Assembly: GCA_951406725.2 (NCBI GenBank)
Contig: OX597828.1
Span: 24,490,001 to 24,554,000, forward strand
Source of the DNA: Octopus vulgaris
Taxonomy: Eukaryota
DNA length: 64,000 nucleotides
Reading direction: 5' to 3'
In this document: in pieces, positions 42,761 through 57,071 of the stretch
Layout: every line of letters begins with the position of its first letter
Numbering within the stretch: the first letter of the stretch is position 1
Notes under the pieces: model-generated
Databases searched by the model: none
The model's input: the letters and a program-made list of their open reading frames with translations, nothing else
Told to the model about the DNA's origin: nothing
Made by a program: the position numbers and the translations under genes

Positions 42761-42889
42761 AAGCTGGAAAAGGTGAAATATTTACGAAACAAATGACTCA
42801 GTTTCTTGGGAAACTTACACCTTTCTCCCCAATAGACAGTGACCTAAGATTAATGGCTAGATAAACTCTCATTTCTTTCAGCTATAAGA

Positions 42890-43260
42890 CGTCAATTAAG
42901 AACAATTTTAATACAACAATGGGGTCCTTGGATTCCACATAAATCACTTGTTTGGTTGGATTGTTCCCTCTTTATGAACTCGCTTTACATATCTAATTGA
43001 TGACGGTGGATCATTAAATCTAGATTGGGAACTAAACTGTGTCACTCTTTATTAAATGATGCATTAAAAGACAGTTGTTTCAAAGGTACAATACATTATG
43101 TAAATAACAGAAACAGCTCTAATAAACAGAAAAACGGGAGGCAAAATATTGTAAGGTATAATCCCCCGTATAGCTTAGACGTTTGTTCTAATTCTAGTAG
43201 GAATTTTCTAAACTTTGTTTGGATAAAGTATTAGTTCGAGCTTGCTAAGTTCTGGCTTAC
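42890..43260 (+). mobile_element. Decayed Penelope-like RT fragment
   Basis: FNTTMGSLDST*ITCLVGL (compare FDVTMGSYDGAE.CELVGL) and NDALKDS...RQNIVRYNPPYS (compare RNIIWFNPPYS). Confidence 0.65.
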
Positions 43261-43361
43261 AATCAAGAATGTAAGTGTGTAGGTGTATGAAATTATGTGT
43301 TTATGAGTGTGTGTGTGTACGTGTGTATCTATCTGGCTGTCTGGTTCTGTATGTATATATG

Positions 43362-43422
<61 letters not shown>

Positions 43423-43452
43423 GTACATATACATACATAAATATATATACAT

Positions 43453-43492
<40 letters not shown>

Positions 43493-43525
43493 GTATATAG
43501 ATAGATAGATAGATAGATAGGTAGG

Positions 43526-43604
<79 letters not shown>

Positions 43605-44924
43605 GTAGATAGATAGACATTGATATATATATGTACATATATGCATGTATGAATGCATTTGTATTTATGCTTGCAAGTGTATGAGTGTTTGTGTATGCAC
43701 TTAAGTTTGAGCGTTTACATAGATATGTCTGTTATCAACCTTTGATTACATTCAGAGTGAAGAAGAAAACGATCGTTCAATATCTCTGTGTATATCAAGG
43801 TCGAATGCCTTGGTACTGAATCGTAACCATACTCTGAACATAATTGCATTTATGTAGTATATATTTTACCTTTCCTTTCTTTTCTCTGTGGTAAATTGAA
43901 TAAATTCCCCGTTAGGTCAACCATGACATAGTTTCTAACGAGGTCCATTTGAATCAAAATATGAAGTCGGTAAATCTTAACTTATCACCCACCAATGGAT
44001 ATAAATTCATACTCTACCAATACCGAGTTCTAACAACCTTCACTGGAAGACCTTAATCGCATGAAACTTTAATCGCGAATCAAACTCACAAAACATTGGT
44101 CAGACCAGGGCTGTAATAGAAAACCTTTGCCAAATTTGGCGTACTGTAGGACTAAACCCGAAACCAAATAATTATAAATTGAACTTCTTAACCACTCAGG
44201 CATCGAATAATATAATATGCGATTATTCCTCGCTGTATCTGCATGGTGACCCGGCAGAAAACTGTTATATATGCCCATAGAAATACATGAAGTCATCAAG
44301 TTTAGAACTTTCAGACCTGCAATTAAATTTATAAATTTATAAACTGGAGACATTTTTCTTGGTAGTTTGTTCTCAGAAATACCGGCTTATGGTCTGATAT
44401 TGGTAAGATATTTCATTTTAGTATTTTTTTTAGTATGTTATTAGTTTTATTACATGACTTGGTGCTAGACGTTTTGTGGCCTGTTTTATGAGATTTTTGC
44501 GTTTATTTCTTTCTAAGTGTCCATCCACTCTATCGTTACTATGTATTTGATTCATGTACTACAAGTTGTGTGTGATTTATATATTTAATAGTTGTTGTGT
44601 CTCTGGTATATATTGCTTTGCATTTGTGTTTGGTCTACTTGCTTATTTCAATATTTGTTTTTTAAATTTTTTTTATTATTTGAGATTGATTTATTCAGTA
44701 CATTTCTGTCTGTACGATTACACTACGATATTTCAAGTTGTTTTTTATTCTAAATCTGGGGTGGATATTCAGTGTACCATGTGACCATTAGTATTTATTA
44801 ATGTCTCTAGGGTAGACTTGATTTACCTGTTAAATGTATACGAATGTTTCTGTCCAGAAATAAAGTTATTACAATTCAAAGAGTTTTAGCCTCCTAATTC
44901 TGTTCTGGATACTCTATTTTAATA

Positions 44925-45759
44925 TACGAAGCGCGTTCAAAAGGTAACCGATTTTATTTGTCCCCGGACAATACCCTTAGGGTGGAAGGTGACGGTACCC
45001 TTCCTGAGTACACGTGAAAACCCTCGAGCCGATAGGCTGCGTCGGCTCTCGACTGTTACATCTAGATTTTAGACGTCAGATTTTCGTTTTGACCGAACGC
45101 ATCAAGTAGATATATTGCACCAAGTTTTGCCAAAAGCTTGGTGAGGCTCAACATCAAACCACCCAGAATATTCAGCAGGCCTTTAGCGATGAAGCCATGG
45201 TTAAAACTCAGATCAAGGAACGGTACAACCGTTATAAATATGGCCGCGCCTCAGTGGAGAGCGAAGCACACTCAACCAGGCCTTCCACAATTCGGAATTA
45301 GGAGCCGATTGAGAAAGCTCGGTGAAGACTGCCTTGCAACAATCCAAGATTTTCCTCATGGCATGGGAAAAAGTATAGGACCAGTTCAATCCATTTGGAC
45401 TTGTACGTGCGCAGAGTGTTGGCGAAATTTGTCCTCAAGCATTTCCACATGAAAATCACTCAGGACATGTTGGTCTCTGCAAACCACGACCCAGACTTCA
45501 CGAAGGCCATCATCATAGCTGATGAGACATGAGTTCATTGTCTCTGCTCGATACGTTTGGTGAAAACGAAAATCCATGAGCGCGCACTTCGTATTTATAA
45601 TCTAGGCGTAACAGCTAGGAGCTGACGTGACCTACCGGCGCAAAAGTGTTCTCGCATGCGCAGGAAGAGTGACGTCACCTCTTACCCAGAGAATTTTTCC
45701 AATGCGGCATTTGTTTTGGCTGAAAAATGTAAATGGGATACTTTTCGAACGCACCTTGC
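44925..45759 (+). mobile_element. Internally deleted mariner transposon
   Basis: TIRs tacgaagcgcgttcaaaaggta / tacttttcgaacgcaccttg; N-terminal HTH KFCQKLGEAQHQTTQNIQQAFSDEAMVKTQIKERYNRYKYGRASVESEAHSTRPS. Confidence 0.8.
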
Positions 45760-45849
45760 GGATCAGTTTTATAGATCTTTCTGTAATTTATATAATAATG
45801 AAATTATTGTATACAGTGCTCAGGTGCAACACAACTTGTCAGAAAGTGC

Positions 45850-46095
45850 GTATAGAGTATATGCAGTAATGTACAAATGTCTGGAAAGCAAACAATGTAT
45901 GAGTAAGATACATGCTTGTGTGTGTATGGAGGGGAGAAAATCAGGTGTAGTGTTGGCGAATCTCAGAAAGCATGGAAGTTTTGAAGGAAGCAGTGCTCCG
46001 ACAACTAACAACTGATGCCGGCAGTTTGTTCCATGCAACTCTCAGCGTGAAAAAATGTTTCCGGAAGTCATGGGAGCTGTGCTCTTTTCTGTGCT
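45850..46095 (-). mobile_element. CR1-like LINE 3' end fragment
   Basis: Minus strand HSSHDFRKHFFTLRVAWNKLPASVVSCRSTASFK, typical of the CR1 C-terminal FF..RV...WN.LP motif. Confidence 0.7.
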
Positions 46096-46334
46096 GTTTT
46101 GTTGATATTTTTCGCGGTGCCCATCACGACGAATAAGACATTCCTACTTCAGTTGCCAATTTTGACGCTTGTGTCAGAGGCGTTACGTATCAGCTTATGT
46201 TAAACCAACGCCAACTGCATTATAGGCTTATGGAGACTTGCTACCGTTTGATAAGTGGAATACAGTTTGACTAGTGGAATAAAGACTAGGATAGGATTTC
46301 ATAATGGCTCGCGAGTTTAGTATGTAAAGTACCA

Positions 46335-46620
46335 TTAGCTGATACATGGTCGGTTATAAAGGGTGGCAGTGGTGGTGGTGATGTCAACGTTAGTTCGGTG
46401 TGGGGATAACAGTGGGGTCACGATGACAACAGCGGCAACGTTGGTGACTGAAGTGGGAGTGGTGGCAGCGACGATTTCGTTGACTTTTGGCGTTGTATCC
46501 GGTAGCGTACAGGTGGTGGTGGTGGTGGTTTGGACGGCGGAGTTTCGGCGTGTGTGTGGCAATGGAGCAACAAGTGTTGTTGATGTGGATGTAGTGGAGA
46601 TGTTCCATTTTTTTCCTTGC
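46335..46620 (-). CDS. Candidate terminal coding exon of an unidentified host gene (Thr-rich)
   Basis: Pyrimidine-rich acceptor ...ctcttctccatttttattatacggccgtgttttAG, then ~95 open codons (QGKKWNISTTSTSTTLVAPLPHTRRNSAV...NRPCIS*). GC-richer than the flanks, with no TE motif recognised. Confidence 0.4.
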
Positions 46621-46787
46621 CTAAAACACGGCCGTATAATAAAAATGGAGAAGAGTTGACCACGATTTACTGCAAGCAAGGCTATGTCCACGTCGAAATC
46701 TGTTTGACTCGTTAATAATTATTAGTCATTTAATTAGGTCAATTTAATTGAAGATGCCTTTTGTCAAGAACAAACAAGAACACGAAC

Positions 46788-46921
<134 letters not shown>

Positions 46922-47806
46922 GAAGGAAGACGGCTGACGTCTTAAAGCAATATCAGAAATCCAATAATAGAAATAATTTGTAACAAAGAACGCCTAAAGT
47001 CAAAGAAATCGAAGAATATATTTGAAGATATTGTGTGCAAGCGAAGAATTAAAGCATTATCAAGGAATAAACTTCAAAGGTATCTACGAAGAATTGAAAA
47101 TGTCGGACTGTCTTTCCAGCAACATCTCATATATATATATATATATAATATATATTAATCAGAATTAAGGACGAACAATCAACTTAATGAGAACATATCT
47201 TTCAATTCTCTAGATTTCCTTTCATGTATACTGCCGATAAACTTTACGGTTCCCTTCTTTTACTTCTATTTTCTTCTTTTTTACTTTCTTTTTCTCTCCT
47301 TTCTTTCTTTCTTTCTTTCTTCTTTCTTTTTATTCTTTTTTATTTCTTTTCATCTTCGGCAACTCCGTCTCTAACACCTTCTTTTGAAACACCTTTCACA
47401 TCGACCTATATACCTTGCCATTTATCAATGTATATCTTCATGCTTAATTGAAATAATTTGTATGCATTCTCTTCATCTCAAACTATGGTTCTATCTCCCC
47501 AAGTCTTACTCCTTTTCTCTCCCCCTTTTCTCTCTCTCTCTCCTTCTCTCTCCACCTCGTTCTCTCTCTTGTTCTGAACTCTTGTTATAGCTTCTGTCGT
47601 TATCTCACTCTTATTGTCTCTTTTATGTCAAACAAAGAATTGTTCTACATAAAATTTATGCGCAAATATATCTCATTTGAGACGGCTTTCACTCTTTAAA
47701 GGACAATCAGTTTGTCAGCATCGAGTCGACACATTTTTATTATTTTTATGTTATAAAACATACATATATATATATACATATAAGTATATATATGTGCTTG
47801 TGCATG

Positions 47807-47837
<31 letters not shown>

Positions 47838-47839
<2 letters not shown>

Positions 47840-48037
47840 GAAAATAAGACTAGATAGCAAATGGCAAAATAATTTTATCACGAAGAACATTTTAGTACCG
47901 GTTTCAGTCTTTGCGACCTTTTCAACATTTTCTAGTAAAGCATGAAAAAACAATTAAATTGAGGAAAAATTAAATGAATTGTGTTTTTTTAATGTTTCCA
48001 TAGCTTTCAAATACGTGGGACATTTTCTCTCTTTTTT
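47838..48037 (-). repeat. PLE pseudo-LTR copy with hammerhead-like motif
   Basis: Inverted homolog of 49920-50100; TTGAAAA-ggtc(gcaaa)gact-GAAA-ccgg-TA. Confidence 0.6.
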
Positions 48038-48060
48038 GTCTCTCTCTCTCTCTCTCTTTG

Positions 48061-48107
<47 letters not shown>

Positions 48108-48227
48108 TACTTTTGTGGAGGCTCGGTTGGTAGGTAGTAGCAAATCTGAGGAAATATTTAATATGAGAGCTGTTGGTTCTGGATTTAGACTGTTTAAGCA
48201 GGAGTAGTTGAGGAAGGAGACGACGAA

Positions 48228-48260
<33 letters not shown>

Positions 48261-48619
48261 AATGAGGATGCTGATGATGATGAGGATGATGAGGATGAAG
48301 AAGAAGAAGAAGAAGAAGAAGAAGAAGAAGAAGAAGAAGAAGAAGAAGAAGAAGAAGAAGAAGAAGAAGAAGAAAAGACGGGAATGGTATGGCAGTAATA
48401 GCCTGTTAGTAGAGTTTTCTTAAATGTTCAAGTGCCCTAAAGGTGACTTATTGTGGTTATAGCAGTAGTGATTGGAATTGTTCTGAATAAATTCATGGAT
48501 AGTGACTGTTCTGAATATATCGTTTTTAAATATTTGCGTGGGTATTATTCTAAGGCCCTTGTAGTAGTGTCATTTGTGGTGGACGCATTCAAAAGGGGCT
48601 TATATTTTGCGATTAAATA

Positions 48620-49918
48620 TAGCTCTTTGCTAATGCGCTGATCATAGGTTGCATCGTCCCTGAATTTATACAGGGGAAAAATTCTGAAGTTCAATTCTTC
48701 GTTATGGCGTAAATATCGATGTGTTCGCTTAATGCTTTTTTTCTGTATTCCCGAATTTTAATCTGGGATCTATGTAGGATCATCCTTTGGCGTAGACTGT
48801 TTTTGGTTTGGCCTATATATTGCTCTCGACACCCTGAGTAAGTTTATACATATATTACTTTTTCCGAAGCACATATGAACTCCGATCCCTCAATTAGGTT
48901 GATGCATATACCACAGTTAGATCTTCCACATTTTTTTACCCACGCCTTTAATGTTGTTACCGAGTGTAGCTGGTCTTGTGTTAGGAGAATTTTCATTGAC
49001 TTAGGTTGACTTTTACTCTTTATGATGGTATGCATTTGAAGGATTATATTTATTCTGTGTCACTTTTTAGTAGATGAATGTTCTGGAGGATGGTGTCGAA
49101 GGCTTCATTGTTAAGGCGGTTGTGTGTGGAGATGTATAGAAGAGCTTTTGTTTGTAAATCCTTCCTTAGTTTGGGATGTCTGAGTTCGAGGATGTTGAGT
49201 TGTAGGGCACGTTGAAAGCTTATATCAATTAGTGAAGGTGGGTAGTTCCTGCTGATGAGTGTATCCTTTAGGCCATGTAGTCGTGTGTCTTTGCTGCTTG
49301 TATTAGATTCTATAATACAAATCCTTTTTGTCAGGTTGAAGAGGATATTCATTGTAGTGTGTCTGGGTTGGCATGAGTTGAACGGTAGATATTGCTTGGA
49401 GTCCGTGGGCTTATAGTATATGTCCGCTTCTATATTGTTGTTGGATTTCTTAATAAGGATGTCGAGAAATGGAAGTTGTTGATGGTTATATTCCATCGTA
49501 AATTGAATGTTTATATCAAGTTCATTTAGAAGTACTTGAAATTCTTTAAGTCTTTCTATACTTTCATGCCAAAGAATGAAGCAATCATCCAGATGCCTCT
49601 TCCAGTTATTTTCTACGTAGAGGCAGAATGGGTTGCCGTATTTGTCTAGTACCTTACGATAAAGACTGATTTCTAGATATCCCATGACTAGGTTAAGGAG
49701 GCGGCCATTCTCGTACCCACGGCAGTCGATTTTTGTCGATAGACGTTGTCTTTCAAGACGCAAAGGTTATTCTCCTAGATGAATTTTAGCCCTTCTACTA
49801 CGAATTCTTTTTTGATGCAGTGTGAGAGTAATTTTCTATCCAGAATTGGATTGCCTCTGTTCCTAGGCTGTGGGGCATATTAGAGTAGATGTTGACAACA
49901 TCGAAGAATACTAGTAAT
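48620..49918 (-). mobile_element. Penelope-like element pseudogene (RT plus GIY-YIG endonuclease)
   Basis: FDVVNIYSNMPH, WKRHLDDCF, IQFTMEY..QQLPFLDI, YYKPTDSKQYL, then CGRSNCGIC and VIY...CREQYIGQT. Confidence 0.9.
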
Positions 49919-49919
49919 G

Positions 49920-50100
49920 AAAAAAGAAAATATCCGACGTATTTAAAAACTATGGAAATATTAGAAAAAACATTTCATTTACTGTTCCACAATTGAATTG
50001 TTTTTCATGATTTACTTTAGAAATTTGAAAAAGTCGCTAAGACTGAAACTGGTACTAAAATGTAGCATTTTCTACCTTGTCCTATTTTCGTTATACATAT
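49920..50100 (+). repeat. Inverted PLE pseudo-LTR copy at the 5' truncation point, with hammerhead-like motif
   Basis: TTGAAAA-agtc(gctaa)gact-GAAA-ctgg-TA; roughly 80% similar by eye to the reverse complement of 47838-48037. Confidence 0.6.
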
Positions 50101-50126
50101 CAACACGTATGTTACTTTTCAACTTT

Positions 50127-50277
<151 letters not shown>

Positions 50278-50325
50278 CATATATATATGTGTATATATAT
50301 ATATATGTATGTATATGTGTATATG

Positions 50326-50363
<38 letters not shown>

Positions 50364-51268
50364 CATATATGTGTATATATATATATATGTATGTATATGT
50401 ATACATGTATGTATAGGTATATATGCATACGTACGTGTGTATATCTGTATAAACATACATAAATTTATGGAGTTTTCTTCATGCAAAATTTCTGTATTAA
50501 TTTGGCAACGCATTAGGTCTCTGCTGAATGAGACGGTTGGGTGCAGTTGCATGTGCGCTGAGAATCTGTCACGGTTGAGTGGACATTCGACGTGTTTTGG
50601 CTACAGTATGTTACTCCACAAGAAGCAAACACGCATCGATGCTCATGGGTGCAGAAAAATGCAGATACTGGGTGAGAGAGAGAGAGTGTGAGAGAGAGTG
50701 TGCGTGAAAGAGAGAGCGAAGGGGAGGGAAGGGGTGGGGAGGGGAGAAAAGGAAGGAGGGAGGTAGAGGGTGAGATTGCAATTCATTGTCTAAATATTTT
50801 CCGGTTCGGTCAAAGAAAATACCCGGCTCTAAAAACCATATGTACGGGTCTCAGTTTGTTCGATTAAAACTCTTCAAAGAGGTGTTTCAGCATGGTCGCA
50901 ATTCAGTGAATCAAACAAGTAAAAAAAGATTTTTAAAAAAAAGCAAAAGATTTACACAATATGTTTCTGCGGAATTATCATCTCGAGCTGCTAGGTTAAG
51001 ATACGACAGTGAATTTGAGAGACATGTGTATATTTTAATAAATGTCTTCTACAGGGACTCTTTTCTTAGGAAACACTTGGCTGGTTGTTGCCGTTGGAAT
51101 AAATATATACAGTGAATAATTAATTTACTTGGGTAGTAGAGATCCTAAATAAATGATTAATGTCATGAGGGACACCTGCTGCAACCGTTGGTTTTGTATA
51201 CACTACTATATATATTATATATAATAATATAAATAATACAAATATATTTTATTTATTTACAGTCTAAA

Positions 51269-51624
<356 letters not shown>

Positions 51625-51628
51625 ATAT

Positions 51629-52916
<1,288 letters not shown>

Positions 52917-52937
52917 ATATGTATATATGTATATATG

Positions 52938-52970
<33 letters not shown>

Positions 52971-52973
52971 ATA

Positions 52974-53089
<116 letters not shown>

Positions 53090-53196
53090 CAATAATAAAT
53101 CTCTGAACGAGATGTAAACAGTAAGCGATTATCGCTATGGGCTCCGTGTGGGCAGTCATCTAAAAGCTTTTGTTCATCTTGATGCTGGCTGACATA

Positions 53197-53280
53197 AGTT
53201 CCTGATGAGAAGACGGCATAATGCACCCCTTATTCCTTCGAAATTAGGAATATGCTGCCTTCGAAACATATGTCGGGAAT
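53197..53280 (+). ncRNA. Minimal type I hammerhead ribozyme with canonical core and branched long stem II
   Basis: ttc-CTGATGA-gaag...cttc-GAAA-catatg-TC-ggg, followed by AATAAA; stem I is weak. Confidence 0.65.
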
Positions 53281-53475
53281 AAAGGAATTTTGTTAATTCG
53301 TCGTTCAACTCCATTCTTTCATTTATTTGTATTTAAAAAACACACAAATTTCCACACGAAAGCACGTGATCTCTGCCCTTGGCATGTAGCTTCAACCGTG
53401 TTTTTCTGACGTGAATTTGCTACCCAGGTATCGGTTAACCGAATTATCCATAATAAGATAATTCATTCAACTACT

Positions 53476-53544
<69 letters not shown>

Positions 53545-53551
<7 letters not shown>

Positions 53552-53734
53552 CTGTTATGAGCATTTATAGAACACTTATTCTAGAGAAACACAACAAACA
53601 ATTAAAGATGGAAAAGAGGTGTTAAAAGTTTTATAAAATTGTATAAGACTTTTAACAATTTTCCTTCTCTGTCTTTAAATGTTTAAGTTTCTAAAGGATA
53701 CGTGTTCTATAAATGCTAATAACACACACTTGTA
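53545..53734. mobile_element. Palindromic MITE (TA-flanked, Tc1/mariner-like)
   Basis: tgttatgagcatttatagaacac / gtgttctataaatgctaataaca and inner tgttaaaagttttata / tataagacttttaaca. Confidence 0.7.
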
Positions 53735-53759
53735 ACATTTTCATATTCGAAAACTACTT

Positions 53760-54045
53760 ATTTGAAGACAACTTTTAAAGAAAGACACTCAAAAAGATGA
53801 ATATCCATACTGACACTTGGGAAGATTATGCATCAGATAAGGAGCTTTGGAGGAATGTGAATCCCTGCTTTCAAAGAATTCGAGAACATCAGGGTTGTAT
53901 ACACAGGATCGAAACGCGCTGGTAAATATATATGTAGAATCGTCTCCCCGTGAAGTGTCCAATAGAGTCTCTTTCGTCTGGCCAGTGGGGTTCGGCCTGC
54001 TTCTCAAAGGCAGGATTATTCAGCAAAACCCGTCCACCAATTTGA
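53760..54045 (+). mobile_element. Decayed RTE LINE 3' end
   Basis: KTLKKMNIHTDTWEDYASDKELWR and GSACFSKAGLFS, homologous to the 5046 element. Confidence 0.6.
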
Positions 54046-54784
54046 TATCCAGTATCAGCTTTCATTCTTAGAATAAAATGAGTTTAAGGAGTGGCCTTAC
54101 TCTCCTCCTGCTGCCACTATTGTTATGTCTCAACTTCCAGCTTCTGCACTAATTAATACGCTCACGCCTTCCGAAAAAGTAAACCCTCTGAAACTTTCTC
54201 TCTGCTCATGTCTCTTCGCAAGATTTTCACTCATTAAAGATTCAACTAGAACCTGAATTGCATCCAATCAATCCATAGACCCATAAGCACTGCCCCTTTC
54301 TTTCAAATACATGTACCCTTGATGTAATTCTCAGGACCAAATAGCGTGACACAATATTACAAATTTGCACCATTGAAAATATGTTACAATCCAGACAGCA
54401 AGTTAGAAATAAGAATAAACACCATTCCTTGATTGTTACTTCATTTACCGACTCTGAAATTATAAAAGACAAAATTGACTTTGCCAGGAATTGAACTCAG
54501 TACGCAAAGAATTGAAACATACGCAGCAAAACATTCTATCCAATGCAGTAACAGTTACGCCAATTCGCCCACTTCCTAAATTAACTACGTCATAATCAAC
54601 AAGAGGATTATGACATAACAACGAACGTTTATTGAATATTTCTTTTCACTTTTCACTTCTCTTAGCTATCCAACTGACGTGAAAATCAAATTCTTATGGA
54701 TATTATATAAATTATAGATTGATTTTTAAAATTAATTTATACATCAATCTTGTTGAATTGTAATTGTTACTTGAACAATGCCAA

Positions 54785-55354
54785 GCAAAGTCAAAAATTA
54801 TTCGGCTGCTGTATTTGAATACCTGACTGCGAAATTGTCTTTACAGACTTATACAAGCTTTTTATAACTGATATGCGAGAATATGACCCCAAAATAATTT
54901 GTGTTCCCGCCACAAAAATTACATTCTATGACTGCTCCGAAGACAAACCAATCTTCATCTTAGAAGACCATGACTTCAAATGCGATTCATTTGTCAGAAA
55001 CATACGTTGGTTCAACTTGCAATCTTTTCCAGATATTGTTAATCCAGAAGATATTTTTCAGCATTAAACTGCATATTATTGTCCTCAGCTCACCAGCAAA
55101 ATAAGTCCATCCTCTAGCAAAGTCAAAAAATTATTCGGTTGCTGTATTTGAATACCTGACTGCGAAATTGTCTTTACAGACTTATACAAGCTTTTTATAA
55201 CTGATATGCGAGAATATGACCCCAAAATGATTTGTGTTCCCGCCACAAAAATTACATTCTATGACTGCTCCGAAGACAAACCAATCTTCATCTTAGAAGA
55301 CCATGGCTTCAAATGCGATTCATTTGTCAGAAACATACGTTGGTTTAACTTGCA
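54785..55354 (+). repeat. Tandem duplication (~237 bp, period 333)
   Basis: 54785-55021 is repeated nearly identically at 55117-55354. Confidence 0.9.
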
Positions 55355-55745
55355 AGGGTGGCTATCTGGGCAGCTGATGGCATATCTGAGAGGGCCACTA
55401 TAAAAAGCAGTGGTCCCAAGACAGTGTCCTGTGGAACACTGCTCACTATTTGTTTTTTCTTCGAGGTGGCTCCATTGGCCACTGCTACCTGACCTTTATC
55501 TTTCAGTAAGTCATATAACCGCTCTTCAAATTTTCCAGCTATGCCAAGATCACGCAGCTTGTGGCATATCATACCATGATCCACTTTATCAAAAGCTTTT
55601 GCAAAGTCAAAGTATATTACTCCCACATTTGATTTGTTCAGTAACTGCCTCAACACCCTTTCCTAGTGCTGCAAGAGCTGGGTCTGGCAGCTCTTACCTG
55701 GTCGAAAACCATGCTGGGTATCACTCAGCAAGTTGTTTTCTTAAA
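55355..55745 (-). mobile_element. CR1/L2-group LINE RT fragment
   Basis: IYFDFAKAFDKVDHG and [12 protein letters not shown]. Confidence 0.85.
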
Positions 55746-56199
55746 GGAATGCGATTAGTTTCCTTTCTTCTTCTCTTTCTTCTTCTTACACATCCTTCTT
55801 CTCTTTCGTCTTCTTCTTCTTCGCACCCTTCTCTTCTTTTTTCTTCTTTTGATGCTATCTCTTCTTTTTCTTCTCTTCCTTCCCCCTCTCATATTTCTTC
55901 TCCTCCTCCTCCCCCTCCTCCTCCTTCTTCACTGACTTTCCTTTTTCTTGACTTTCTTTATCTCCCCCCTTTTCTTCTTTCTCTGCCTCTTCTATTCTTG
56001 CTCTTCTTCTTCATCTCCTTGTTCTTCTCTTCCTTCATCTTCTTCTTACCCTTCTTTTTATTTTTCATCTTCTTCTTGTCCCTTTCCTTGTCCTTATTCT
56101 TCCTTAACTTCTCCTCCTTCGTTTTCGTCTTCTTTTTCCTTAACTACTCGCCTTCTTTCCTTCCTTCCTTCCTTCTACTGCTTATTCTTCTCCATGTTA

Positions 56200-56780
56200 T
56201 TGTTCTTCTTGATGTTAGCACAGGACATCCCGAGTCGAGATGGTCAATTGTTTCATCAAATGTATCGCAGAATCTGCATATAGGGTCAGAACCGTTTTCA
56301 TGAACGTTAGCTTAGAAGATTGTGGTAAGCAACCTTTGATCTTGTGCCGCCAATATGAAACCTTCAGTCTCTGATTAAAGTCCTGAGTGTCACAGCAAAC
56401 TGATGGGTTATCGTGGGGAGTCATGTGTCAGGCATTCGAAAAAGGTGACCTGAGCAACTGACTTGCGCTCTTCTCAGCAGTGTGCAAATGCTTGACAGAT
56501 CAGCTCGAGCGAAGGTCTGTCTGGGACCTTGTCTTGCCAGAGTGGTTTTCGACAGCTTTCTCTCTCAAGTTGATCTGGAAGCGGTTTAGCTTTCTGTGCG
56601 TGATGTTCGTACATTATCAAAGATTCATAAGTGTACAGTAGCCTAGGAAATACAACTGCTTTGTACACATTCAATTTGGCAGTCAGCCCAATGTCTCTTC
56701 CCTCCTGACATTGATTCACGAAGCGGCCCCGAATGTTGAACTTCGCTTGACGGTCGTGGGTCAACTTAATCGGCAATGTG
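56200..56780 (-). mobile_element. Decayed RTE LINE fragment
   Basis: KLNVYKAVVFPRLLY...WQDKVPD. Confidence 0.7.
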
Positions 56781-56809
56781 ACAGAGAGAGGGAGGGAGAA
56801 AGAGAGATG

Positions 56810-56860
<51 letters not shown>

Positions 56861-57009
56861 ATTTATTTATCTATCTATCTCTACCTATCTATTGTTATAT
56901 CTATATCTATCTATATATCTATCTGTGTGTCTGTCTAGCTATCTATTTATCTATGTATCTCACTTTCTGTCTATCTGTCTATCTGTCTATATGTCTATCT
57001 ATCTATCTA

Positions 57010-57071
<62 letters not shown>

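Noticed and set aside
55410-56303. 297-aa ORF
   Set aside because: Antisense LINE fragment fused to a pyrimidine-rich low-complexity tract.
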